From assembly GCA_963662945.1 (NCBI GenBank), contig OY759974.1:1632001-1696000 (forward strand): a stretch of 64,000 nucleotides of DNA, in the 5' to 3' direction. The position numbers and the translations under genes are program-made. The notes under the pieces are model-generated. The model was not told the origin of the DNA. It ran no database searches and saw only the letters and a list, made by a program, of their open reading frames with translations. This DNA is from Arcobacteraceae bacterium (GTDB taxonomy: Bacteria > Campylobacterota > Campylobacteria > Campylobacterales > Arcobacteraceae). Position 1 is the stretch's first letter; each line of letters begins with the position of its first letter. This document shows positions 19,816 through 28,915 of this stretch, in pieces.

Positions 19816-20061
19816 CTATTTAAAAAACTCATTCATATCGCACTCTAAAATTAAAGAGATAAGGTATAAATGTTTTAAATTAAAATGTTGTTTTTTTAGA
19901 TATAGTTCTGATTGCGAAACTAAACCAACAGATTTAAAACCTAATGCTTGTGAAAGTTGGAGTTGTGTTAAGCCTTTTTCTTCTCTTAGTCGTTTAACAT
20001 TTTTCCCAATATTTATATAAAATTCATCAACTATTTTTTCATCTAAATTTTCAATATTCAC
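19816..20061 (-). CDS. XRE-family helix-turn-helix regulator
   Basis: IGKNVKRLREEKGLTQLQLS; GTG start with an AGGA RBS. Confidence 0.88.
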   Translation of the reverse strand: MNIENLDEKIVDEFYINIGKNVKRLREEKGLTQLQLSQALGFKSVGLVSQSELYLKKQHFNLKHLYLISLILECDMNEFFK

Positions 20062-20069
20062 AATTTTCC

Positions 20070-20146
20070 TAATTACTAGTAATTACTATTTAAGTTTTGC
20101 CTAATTTTATAATTATATAATTTCTTTATCAACTAGTAATTACTAT
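20070..20146. promoter_or_regulatory. Twin palindromic operator-like sites in the divergent promoter region
   Basis: ACTAGTAATTACTAT at 20075-20089 and 20132-20146, each containing the perfect palindrome TAGTAATTACTA. TATAAT hexamers lie between them. Confidence 0.6.
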
Positions 20147-20272
20147 GTAAAAGGATATAAAATCTCACTTTCAAAATTAAAAATACTAAAGAAGAAGATA
20201 GATAAAAATATTATTGAACTAGAGAAAATATGTCCGTATAGTCGAGATATTTCAGATACTATCTCTATACTT

Positions 20273-20635
20273 ATGTCAAAAAATGCAAGTGATACTATGG
20301 TTAAGATATGGATGCAAGGTGCTTTAGAGTTGGCAAATGATGTTGAAGTCGCTTTAGAAATTCTTTCAAAAAAAGAACAGTTTGATTCAATATCGCAAAC
20401 GAACATAGTACATATTCCTAAAATCTATAGATATGCAAATCCAAAAGAAAAGCTAAAAAAGTTACAAATAGTTATCATAGTTCATATAGAAGAACTAATC
20501 AAACAATATCCATATACCTTACTCATATATAGAAGTATAGAAGACTTACTCAATATGAATGCTTCCGATGATTTGATACAATCTTGGCTCAATAGTATTG
20601 ATGATTTTGTAGCGTTACTTGATATGAAACAATAG
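20273..20635 (+). CDS. Hypothetical protein (frame is open upstream to 20105)
   Basis: 120-aa ORF divergent from the XRE gene; no recognisable motif. Confidence 0.55.
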   Translation: MSKNASDTMVKIWMQGALELANDVEVALEILSKKEQFDSISQTNIVHIPKIYRYANPKEKLKKLQIVIIVHIEELIKQYPYTLLIYRSIEDLLNMNASDDLIQSWLNSIDDFVALLDMKQ

Positions 20636-20786
20636 AATATTCGTATCATTTTTGATATGTATTTATTGATTTTTCATATCATTAAGTCATAATTTACAAA
20701 ACAATTTAAAAGATATAGCTAAAAAGCAGTCTATAATTCACTTTTCTATATAATGACAAAAATCAAAGAGAAACTCGAGGAAAAAA

Positions 20787-21797
20787 ATGAAAACAAATGT
20801 TTCAATAGTTGGAGCTACTGGATATACTGGACTTGAACTAGTTAAAATTTTACATACACATCCACAATTTAACTTAACATATATAGCAAATAGTGAAGGG
20901 GATACTACTATAGATGCACTACACCCTTGTTTGACAAATGTTATCTCAATGGATGTACAAAAAGCAGACCCTAAAGCTATAGCAGAAGTTTCAGAACTTT
21001 GTTTTCTTGCACTGCCTCATAAAACATCTATGTCATTTGCTAAAGAGTTGTTAGCACTTGGTGTTAAAGTTGTAGATTTGAGTGCTGATTATCGACTTGA
21101 ACTTGAAACTTATGAGAAACACTATTGTTCACATGAAGATAAAGAGAACTTACCAAGTTCTGTATATGGACTCCCAGAGTTTTATGAAGCTGAGATAAAA
21201 AAAGCAAATCTTGTAGCAAACCCAGGGTGTTATCCTACAGCTACACTTTTAGCACTTTTACCATTTGTAGAGTTTATAGATGAGAGTTCAAATGTTTTCA
21301 TCGATGCAAAAAGTGGAGTAAGTGGTGCTGGAAAGAAACTCAGTGACACAACACACTATGTAACTATCAATGATAATATTTTCGCATACAATCCATTTAA
21401 ACATCGACATATGCCAGAGATCATAGAAAAAGCAAAACTCCTAAAAAACAAAGAGTTAAAAGTAAGCTTCGTGCCACATCTTATCCCAGCAACTCGTGGG
21501 ATGCTTGTGAGTGTATATACTACAATAGATGAAAAGATAGATGCAAAAGCAATTTTAAAAGAGTTTTATAAAAATAGTGAATTTGTACGAGTAAAAGAAA
21601 CACCAGTAGATATAAAATCAACAGCGGGTACAAACTTTTGTGATATTTTCGTAGAGCAAAATGGTGATGCAATTTTTATCAATAGCAGTATTGATAATCT
21701 ACTTCGAGGGGCTTCATCTCAAGCAGTTGTAAATGCAAATCTTATGTGTGGATTTGAAGCTGGAATGGGAATCAATAAAATAGCTTATGTACCATAG
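20787..21797 (+). CDS. argC: N-acetyl-gamma-glutamyl-phosphate reductase
   Basis: GATGYTG, DLSADYRL, ANPGCYPT, SGVSGAG, DNLLRGAS. Confidence 0.97.
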   Translation: MKTNVSIVGATGYTGLELVKILHTHPQFNLTYIANSEGDTTIDALHPCLTNVISMDVQKADPKAIAEVSELCFLALPHKTSMSFAKELLALGVKVVDLSADYRLELETYEKHYCSHEDKENLPSSVYGLPEFYEAEIKKANLVANPGCYPTATLLALLPFVEFIDESSNVFIDAKSGVSGAGKKLSDTTHYVTINDNIFAYNPFKHRHMPEIIEKAKLLKNKELKVSFVPHLIPATRGMLVSVYTTIDEKIDAKAILKEFYKNSEFVRVKETPVDIKSTAGTNFCDIFVEQNGDAIFINSSIDNLLRGASSQAVVNANLMCGFEAGMGINKIAYVP

Positions 21798-21806
21798 GCG
21801 TGTCAT

Positions 21807-21965
21807 AAATCCAGCATTCAATTTTTTTAAGATTAAATAAAATAGCTTTAGTCGTTAACTACTTTTTATGAATCTTCAGTAATAAAGGTATTAAATACTT
21901 GGCTATATATCTTCAAATCGCGCGTAATTTTTTTGTTAATCTTAAAAAAATTGAATGCTGGATTT
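21807..21965. repeat. 30-bp perfect inverted repeat enclosing 99 bp (MITE-like element or long hairpin)
   Basis: AAATCCAGCATTCAATTTTTTTAAGATTAA (21807-21836) and its exact reverse complement (21936-21965), between convergent argC and recN. Confidence 0.85.
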
Positions 21966-21987
21966 GACTTAGTTATGAGTATATAAA

Positions 21988-23517
21988 TTACTGTAAAAGT
22001 TGTTTAGAAAACTCTAAAGCTTCAGTAGTGATATTTTCTCCACTTATCATCCTTGCAATCTCATTGATTCTTTCCTCTTTGTTTAGAGGTTTTACAAAAG
22101 AGATATTATTCTCTTTTTTTACTAAGAAATGTTGGTGAGCTGTAGCACTTAGTTGTGGTTGGTGAGAGATAGCAAATATTTGATAGTTTTGTGAAAGTTT
22201 ATTTAAAACTTGTGCGATACTTGCAGATTCTTTTCCACTTAAGTTTGCATCAATCTCATCTAAGAATAATATCCCATTTGTATCTATCTCGTAGTGACTT
22301 CTAGCAGTTAAAAGAGCAAGTCTTAGACGATTGAACTCACCACTACTTATTTTGTCTAGTTTTGTATTGTTTAGTGTAAATTCTATAGTGTCAATACCAC
22401 TTGCATCTAAACTTTTGATTTCCATATTTATATGAAGATTTTCAAGATATAAAAATTTGAGATACTCATTTATTTTTGATTCTAGAAGTGGTAAGTTCTC
22501 TTTTCTTTTACTAGAGATAGTTTCTGCTAAACTCTCTAATTCACTTGATAATTTATTGATATTTTTTTCTAAAATAGCTTTCTCAAAAGAGATATTTTCA
22601 TACCCTTCTAGTTCTTTTTCTTTCTCTTTTTTGTATTCTAAAGCCTCTTTTACTCCACCAAATTTTTTATTTAATGAAGAGAGTTCTTCTATTCGTGTTA
22701 GGATTTGTTCTATATCCATATCATCATTTGAAGATAAACTATCATAAAATTTTTCAAAGATATTATTTACTTCATTTATAGCTTCATCAAAAAAAGTACT
22801 ATCTTCATCAATAAGATGTAAAGCACTAGAGATTTTGTGAGTGTTGTTTAGATATGGTTGAATTTCGCTTAAAACTTCATCTACTTTATCTTTTTTCGAT
22901 AGGTTATCTTTGATATGTTTTAACTCATCATACTCATCCTCTTTTGGGTCAAGTTTTTCTATCTTTTCTATCTCAAATTTTGTGTATTCGATGAGGTCAT
23001 CGAGTTCTTTTTCATCATTTTGTATTTTTGTGAATTTTTTTTGTAAAGTATGAAACTCTTCATATTTTGTTTGAAATTCTTCTAAAATTGCTTTGTAAGA
23101 GTTATGATTTGTAGAAGTTAAAAAATCTAAAAAAGAGATGATTTTATGGCTATCAAAATCACTCGTATCTTTTAAATGAAGATGTTTAGAAAAAGTTGTA
23201 GTAAAATCTTTAAGATTTTTCTTTGAGATGATTTGGTTGTTTAAAAAATATCTTGTTTTTGTAGAGGTATTTTGTTTGATGATAATATCATCTTCATTCT
23301 CTATTCCATAACTTTCATCTTCAATTTTTAAGTTTTCTAGTAACACTTCACTAATAGTAGCTTTTGTATCAGTTGAACCAAATAAAGCTAAAATAGAACT
23401 CATCAAAACAGACTTTCCAGCACCGCTAGGCCCTGTAAATACTACTAATCCTTTTTGAAACTCTAACTCTATTTGTTCAAATGACAAATAGTTTTCTAAA
23501 TAAAATCTACTAATCAA
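21988..23517 (-). CDS. recN: DNA repair protein RecN
   Basis: TGPSGAGKS Walker A, SSGE signature, LFLDEID, ISHQPQ, EIARMISG; follows nadK. Likely TTG start overlaps the nadK stop; the ORF extends to 23529. Confidence 0.93.
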   Translation of the reverse strand: MISRFYLENYLSFEQIELEFQKGLVVFTGPSGAGKSVLMSSILALFGSTDTKATISEVLLENLKIEDESYGIENEDDIIIKQNTSTKTRYFLNNQIISKKNLKDFTTTFSKHLHLKDTSDFDSHKIISFLDFLTSTNHNSYKAILEEFQTKYEEFHTLQKKFTKIQNDEKELDDLIEYTKFEIEKIEKLDPKEDEYDELKHIKDNLSKKDKVDEVLSEIQPYLNNTHKISSALHLIDEDSTFFDEAINEVNNIFEKFYDSLSSNDDMDIEQILTRIEELSSLNKKFGGVKEALEYKKEKEKELEGYENISFEKAILEKNINKLSSELESLAETISSKRKENLPLLESKINEYLKFLYLENLHINMEIKSLDASGIDTIEFTLNNTKLDKISSGEFNRLRLALLTARSHYEIDTNGILFLDEIDANLSGKESASIAQVLNKLSQNYQIFAISHQPQLSATAHQHFLVKKENNISFVKPLNKEERINEIARMISGENITTEALEFSKQLLQ

Positions 23518-24386
23518 TTTGCACCCCAATGTAATTTTTTATTTAATACATCAAAATAGTTTCTTTCACTTCTATGTATCAGTTGTGCTTTTGAAGAAGC
23601 TATTTGTATAGTGATGATCTCATTTGGTTTTAACTCATAAGTATCGTGACCATCTATAATAGCTATGGCACTTTGTTTGTTTTTATTTTCAAATGTTATT
23701 TTAAAATCAGCAGGTAAAACTAACGGTCTTTGTGTTAAAGAGTGTGCTGAAATAGGTGTCACGATAAATGCATCAGTTAGTGGATATACTACTGGTCCAT
23801 TACAAGAAAGATTATAGGCTGTTGAACCTGTTGGTGTTGAGATAATAAGTCCATCTCCTGTATATTTATTAAATAATCTTTCATTAACTCTTGCATCAAG
23901 TGTTATCATTCCTGTAACATTTTCTCTTGAAATAACTACATCATTAAAAGCAACTATCTCTTCATCATTTATCGTAGCTTTTATCATCATACGATGATCG
24001 ATTCTATATTGATCTTGTGTAAATTTTTCTAAAAATGATTGTATCTCATCTGGCATAATATCTGTAAGAAAACCCAAATGCCCTAAGTTGATACCCATAA
24101 CTGCTTTTTGATAATGAAATCCTCGTCTAGCAACAGAGATAAGAGTACCATCTCCACCTAAAGTTACTAAAAAATCACTTTTTTGACATAATTCATCAAA
24201 ATCAATTCCACAATCCATTTTAAGTTCATTGGCACTTTTTTTTTCAAGAAGTACAGTAATATTAAAATTTTCAAATGTTTTTTTTATATCTAAATAAATA
24301 TCTTTTATATCAAAACAGTTTGGTTTGAGAATAAAACCAGCAACAGCTTTTTTTTCTAAAAGTTTATTATTTCGTATTACATTCAT
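23514..24386 (-). CDS. nadK: NAD(+) kinase
   Basis: LGGDGT, GHLGFL, ND, DGLIISTPTGSTAY. Confidence 0.96.
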   Translation of the reverse strand: MNVIRNNKLLEKKAVAGFILKPNCFDIKDIYLDIKKTFENFNITVLLEKKSANELKMDCGIDFDELCQKSDFLVTLGGDGTLISVARRGFHYQKAVMGINLGHLGFLTDIMPDEIQSFLEKFTQDQYRIDHRMMIKATINDEEIVAFNDVVISRENVTGMITLDARVNERLFNKYTGDGLIISTPTGSTAYNLSCNGPVVYPLTDAFIVTPISAHSLTQRPLVLPADFKITFENKNKQSAIAIIDGHDTYELKPNEIITIQIASSKAQLIHRSERNYFDVLNKKLHWGAN

Positions 24387-24389
24387 AAG

Positions 24390-24830
24390 TTACCCTCTGA
24401 GTTTTTCAGCTTCGTTTTTTGCAAGTATATCACATCTTTCATTTTGTGGATGTCCTGCATGCCCTTTTACCCAATTTGCTTGAACAGTGTGTAATTTTGA
24501 TACTTCTAGATACTCTTGCCAAAGTTCTAAATTTTTTACAGGTTGTTTCCCTGCTGTTCTCCAATTGTTTTTTATCCAGTTCGTAAGCCATTCATTGATA
24601 GCTTGAACTACATATTTACTATCACTATAAAGTTCCACAAAACATGGTTCTTTTAAAGCTTTTAAACCTTCAATGACCCCTTGAAGTTCCATTTGGTTAT
24701 TTGTAGTGTAAGAATCACCTCCGCTGAGTTCTTTTTCATGACCATTGAACTCTAAAATTGTACCCCAACCACCAGGTCCTGGGTTTCCTAGACTAGAACC
24801 ATCACTATACAGTTTAATTTTTTTTGCCAT
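24390..24830 (-). CDS. rnhA: Ribonuclease HI
   Basis: YSDGSSLGNPGPGG, TTNNQMEL, WVKGHAGHPQNERCD. Confidence 0.97.
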   Translation of the reverse strand: MAKKIKLYSDGSSLGNPGPGGWGTILEFNGHEKELSGGDSYTTNNQMELQGVIEGLKALKEPCFVELYSDSKYVVQAINEWLTNWIKNNWRTAGKQPVKNLELWQEYLEVSKLHTVQANWVKGHAGHPQNERCDILAKNEAEKLRG

Positions 24831-24837
24831 ATTTTTC

Positions 24838-25890
24838 CTAAACTAAACTTGCTAAATTAATAGTTGGTTTTCCTAATTTTGGCTCAACTGCAAAAGAAAA
24901 AAGGTCATTACAATGAGGACATCTCGATTCAAAAATTGGGTGTGTTTTTTTACATTTAGAACAGATAAACTCAAAATTTAAATCAAGTTCTGATTTGACA
25001 GGTGAGTGTTTTACTGAAATAAGCGCATTAAGTTCAAAATTTTTACTTTGTTTTGCTTCATCTAAAATAAAACCTTTGGCACTATAAATCTCTTTGAGTG
25101 TATCAGAGGCACTTACTTTTTCCCAATCAATATCTTCAAAATCTAAATACCATAAATAATCAATAATTTTCATAGGATTAAATTGCTCTATTTGTTCCCA
25201 AAAAAGTTCTTTGTTAAATTTTATAAGATAATTAGCAATAATTCTTTCAAGGTTTTTATTTGCAACAAAGTGTTCAAAAAGGTGTGTAGATTTTTTTTCA
25301 AAACTTAAAATAGGATCATCAATAATGGTTAAAATATTAAGATAAATTCTTTCTTTAATAATATCTTCATCAAGTTCTTCTAAGGCATCTAATACTTCGT
25401 TTGCTCTTGTGTATTCATTTAAATTTTGGAAAATAAGAAGAAGGTGTTTTAATGCAACTTTATTTCTTGGACGAAATTTCAATATTTTTAAATAAATATC
25501 TTTACTTCGTTGTAACAAACCACTTTTGAAATATGCATTTCCTAGTAATTCCAAAAGTTCCTCTTTTTTAACAGGCTCTTTTACATGCTCCAAAAGTGCT
25601 AGATATACTGAGATAGCTTTATTGTGTTTACCTTCATGGATAAATGAAGATGCTAAAAGTATAATAGAATCAAAAGGAAGATTATAAGTAGAATAAAGAT
25701 GTGTATAGTCTTCCTCTTTTAAAGTTCCTAATTCAAATCTTTGTAAAAGTTTTCTATACTCTTTTCTTGATTGTTTTTCTTTGTAGATATTGAGTGAGTA
25801 GGTTAAAAATGATGCTATAAATACTATTGTAAATATAACAATGACACCAATTAATGGATCTCGATAATCTAAGAGTTCTAATTCTAACAT
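24838..25890 (-). CDS. LapB/YciM-like TPR protein with an N-terminal TM and C-terminal rubredoxin-like motif
   Basis: N-terminal hydrophobic helix, TPR-like LGNAYFKSGLLQRS, CSKC...CPHC. Confidence 0.75.
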   Translation of the reverse strand: MLELELLDYRDPLIGVIVIFTIVFIASFLTYSLNIYKEKQSRKEYRKLLQRFELGTLKEEDYTHLYSTYNLPFDSIILLASSFIHEGKHNKAISVYLALLEHVKEPVKKEELLELLGNAYFKSGLLQRSKDIYLKILKFRPRNKVALKHLLLIFQNLNEYTRANEVLDALEELDEDIIKERIYLNILTIIDDPILSFEKKSTHLFEHFVANKNLERIIANYLIKFNKELFWEQIEQFNPMKIIDYLWYLDFEDIDWEKVSASDTLKEIYSAKGFILDEAKQSKNFELNALISVKHSPVKSELDLNFEFICSKCKKTHPIFESRCPHCNDLFSFAVEPKLGKPTINLASLV

Positions 25891-26402
25891 TATTTAAACC
25901 TATAATTATTGAGTTTAAAAATCGTATCTTCTGCTATTTGAAGCATTTTAAGATTTAATTGTTTATATTGAATATTATCAATGTTTAATAATAATTTATC
26001 GTATATTTCACTATAAGGATATATATTAAAATATAAAAATTCTTTATCATCTTCTGTGATACTTAATTCTGCAAACCAAGTAGACAGTAGAGCGAAACAA
26101 AGCATAGCAGGATTAAAAACATCACCTTTTGCAAATTGTTTTGAAATGTTTTTATTTATATGTTCATAGGTTTTAATGATTATTGCAATACGAGTAACTC
26201 TTGTATTTCTCATATAATAATCATTTGGTTGTATTGCAACATTAATCGCTTTATGCAATTGTTTTGTTTGTTCATCAATAAAAGTTTTTATATCCGTTGA
26301 TATATCGAAAATACTATCATCACTATTTTCATAAGAAAGTATTAACTCTCTACAAAATAGCAGTAGTGCTTCAGATTTGACTTTTGATGAATTGATAATC
26401 AT
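25890..26402 (-). CDS. Hypothetical protein
   Basis: 170-aa ORF tightly packed in the operon. Confidence 0.7.
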   Translation of the reverse strand: MIINSSKVKSEALLLFCRELILSYENSDDSIFDISTDIKTFIDEQTKQLHKAINVAIQPNDYYMRNTRVTRIAIIIKTYEHINKNISKQFAKGDVFNPAMLCFALLSTWFAELSITEDDKEFLYFNIYPYSEIYDKLLLNIDNIQYKQLNLKMLQIAEDTIFKLNNYRFK

Positions 26403-26406
26403 AGCT

Positions 26407-26721
26407 TTAGTAGAATAACCTAATTAAAAAACTGATAAAAGCTTTTTCAACATTTTTATCACTAATAGTTTCATTGTCTTGTGCTGATTTTTCTATTAAC
26501 ATAGACATTTGATCAACTAAATATTTCATATCTAAATCACTGAGTTTATTAATATTTGTAACAAGTTTTTGTTTTATCTCAAAAGAATCTAATCCCTCTT
26601 TTTGCGCTATACCAAAAGCCATATTATCAAGTGTTGTCATAATATGTGATGGCAAAGTATTAAAGTTTGGTTCTGTGTTTTGAGATGCTAGTTGTTGCTG
26701 TAAAAGTTTTTCATGTAACAT
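26407..26721 (-). CDS. Hypothetical protein
   Basis: 104-aa ORF with an AGGAGAG RBS. Confidence 0.7.
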   Translation of the reverse strand: MLHEKLLQQQLASQNTEPNFNTLPSHIMTTLDNMAFGIAQKEGLDSFEIKQKLVTNINKLSDLDMKYLVDQMSMLIEKSAQDNETISDKNVEKAFISFLIRLFY

Positions 26722-26741
26722 AATAAATTCTCTCCTAAAGT

Positions 26742-27659
26742 TTAAAAACTGTTCGATATAACAAGTATTAATACTGTCATCATAACAATACCAGCACTTT
26801 TATTATACAATTTGTTTGCTGTAATAAATACTAACATTACAGATACTATTAACGCTGCTAATACATCAAAAAAGTTTGCATTAAGATTTACATTTAATGG
26901 ATTAAGAATAGAACTCAATCCTAATACCATTGTAAAGTTTGCCACATTACTTCCAATAATTGCACCTATTGCCATATCTGCATTATTATTTCTTGCTGCT
27001 TGTATACTTACAACGAGTTCTGGTAAACTTGTTCCAAAAGCAACTAAAAATAATCCTATAATCCACTCACTAATTCCAAAAGTTCTTGCAATATTACTTG
27101 CACTGTCAACAGCAAAATCAGCACCACCAACAACAAAGATAAAACCAATTGTTAAAAGAGTTATTGATTTGCCCCAAGCAAATGGTTCATTTGCCAACCC
27201 TTCATCAATCTCTTCCATTTGATTACTTTGAACAAGAAAAAGCAAATAAGCACCCATAAGCATTACAAATAAAAAACCATCTAGCTGACTAAGTTTACCA
27301 TCTATACTCATTAAGATAAAAATAAGTATAGGGAAAAGTGACCAAGAAGAATCTTTAGCAAACAAATCTCTTGTTGGTTCTATTTTTTTTGCTATTAAAA
27401 AAACAGCCCCTAATACAAGAGAAATATTGAAAATAGTACTTCCTATTACATTTGCAACAGCAATATCACCATTTCCTTTTAAAGAAGCTCCCATACTTAC
27501 AGCCATTTCTGGTAAACTAGTCCCAACAGCTATAAGAGTTGCTCCTATTACAAATGGAGAAATATTAAAATGTAGTGCTATCTTTTCACTTTGTTCGATA
27601 ATAAAATCTGCACCATAAATTAATGCGCCCATTGAGACTATAAATATTACTATATCCAC
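26742..27659 (-). CDS. Calcium/sodium antiporter (CaCA, YrbG-like)
   Basis: Two GTSLPE alpha-repeats, multiple TM helices. Confidence 0.93.
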   Translation of the reverse strand: MDIVIFIVSMGALIYGADFIIEQSEKIALHFNISPFVIGATLIAVGTSLPEMAVSMGASLKGNGDIAVANVIGSTIFNISLVLGAVFLIAKKIEPTRDLFAKDSSWSLFPILIFILMSIDGKLSQLDGFLFVMLMGAYLLFLVQSNQMEEIDEGLANEPFAWGKSITLLTIGFIFVVGGADFAVDSASNIARTFGISEWIIGLFLVAFGTSLPELVVSIQAARNNNADMAIGAIIGSNVANFTMVLGLSSILNPLNVNLNANFFDVLAALIVSVMLVFITANKLYNKSAGIVMMTVLILVISNSF

Positions 27660-28082
27660 TTAACTGTTCCTTATTATTAAACTATCTGGAAGATTGAATT
27701 TTTTTATTAATTCTTCCTCTTTTTGTCTGTGTTCTCCACTATCTGTTTCATGATCATATCCAAGTAGATGTAATAATCCATGGATAAAAAGTAATGAAAG
27801 TTCATCTTCAAAACTATGATTATATTCTTTTGATTTTAAAGCAACAAAATCCGCTGAAATTACGATAGAACCTAGTGGTGTATTTGGCATTTTCTCATAT
27901 GGAAAACTTAATACATCAGTAGGTTTATCAATTCCTCGTGTTGTTAAATTTATTTCATGAATCTCTTCATTATCTGTAAGAATAAATTCTATCTCTTCAT
28001 CTGATAAACTTTGTGCGATATTATTTAAAAAATCAACACTAATTTCATAGTTAGAATTATTTTCAAATACTAAATTGAACAC
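27660..28082 (-). CDS. ybeY: rRNA maturation endoribonuclease YbeY
   Basis: PTDVLSF, HGLLHLLGYDH. Confidence 0.96.
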   Translation of the reverse strand: MFNLVFENNSNYEISVDFLNNIAQSLSDEEIEFILTDNEEIHEINLTTRGIDKPTDVLSFPYEKMPNTPLGSIVISADFVALKSKEYNHSFEDELSLLFIHGLLHLLGYDHETDSGEHRQKEEELIKKFNLPDSLIIRNS

Positions 28083-28345
28083 TTATTAATGCCTAACTCA
28101 TGCATTAAAGCTTCACAAAACTCACCACTCTCTCGACCAATTCCTTCTGTTTCAAATTCAATTGAAAAATTTCCAGCAGTATCACTAATTGCACGTCGAA
28201 TAACACTAGGGAAAATTTGCATTTTTTTCTCTATAACACCAATTGCAGCTTGAATTTTTTTCTTGCTTTCATCGTTGTTGTATTCAACACTCATTCTCAT
28301 GTATCCCTCTTCCATTTTCATATCAGCACACATATCTCTTGACAT
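28070..28345 (-). CDS. Small hypothetical protein
   Basis: 91-aa ORF with an AAGGA RBS, overlapping the ybeY start. Confidence 0.65.
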   Translation of the reverse strand: MSRDMCADMKMEEGYMRMSVEYNNDESKKKIQAAIGVIEKKMQIFPSVIRRAISDTAGNFSIEFETEGIGRESGEFCEALMHELGINKCSI

Positions 28346-28360
28346 ACTTAATCCTTTTAA

Positions 28361-28864
28361 TTATTTTTTATCATGCCCAAAAGGACATCCTGTAGTTGCT
28401 TTTTGTTCTAAAGTTTCTCTATCATTTTCATAATTTACAATATGTTTTGAGAATACTTCTAGCCAATTCCAATATGATTGAATATGTTCATGTTCTACTT
28501 TATCTTCAATATCTTTTAAAACTTCTTCCCAACAACCAAGCCATACGATTCTTGCTTTATTTGGAATAGAGAACATTTCATGAGTTTTTATTTGATCAAA
28601 GTCTCCACCATATTTTGAGATGTATCTTTCATCTCCTCCACAAATCATCATAAAATAAGAACCATTTCTTTTTTTGATAAGTGCTAATTCCTCTTCATCA
28701 TCAGGAAAATAGTGTGCAATATCACTTTCTATTACAATTTCATAAAATGCATCCACCATTTTTTGAAATCCTACAGGAGTTAATTCTTCTAAAAATTCTT
28801 TATTTGGATTTACAACTTTTGGTCGTTCTCCCATTATTGCATTAGTATAATAATAATCTACCAT
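28361..28864 (-). CDS. Truncated (2/2) globin, group II-like
   Basis: MVDAFYE, GG...Y, proximal His in KTHEMF, AR.VWLGCW. Confidence 0.75.
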   Translation of the reverse strand: MVDYYYTNAIMGERPKVVNPNKEFLEELTPVGFQKMVDAFYEIVIESDIAHYFPDDEEELALIKKRNGSYFMMICGGDERYISKYGGDFDQIKTHEMFSIPNKARIVWLGCWEEVLKDIEDKVEHEHIQSYWNWLEVFSKHIVNYENDRETLEQKATTGCPFGHDKK

Positions 28865-28915
28865 TCTTTCCCTCTATCATTTTATTGAAATAGGAGTTAT
28901 TTTATCTAAAGTGTA

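Noticed and set aside
18208-20061. Classical type II R-M system with a controller protein
   Set aside because: The methyltransferase is short and lacks DNA-MTase catalytic motifs, and the XRE gene is convergent with the nuclease rather than upstream of it
20143-20406. 87-aa minus-strand ORF
   Set aside because: Antisense to the more plausible plus-strand ORF and without recognisable features
20643-20660. TATCATTTTTGATA imperfect palindrome upstream of argC as a regulator box
   Set aside because: Too short and AT-rich to assign to any regulator
18151-20786. Attachment sites or direct repeats bounding the islet (AAAGATAGCTA near 18181 versus AAAGATATAGCTA near 20708)
   Set aside because: Short, imperfect and expected by chance in AT-rich DNA; no integrase or tRNA nearby
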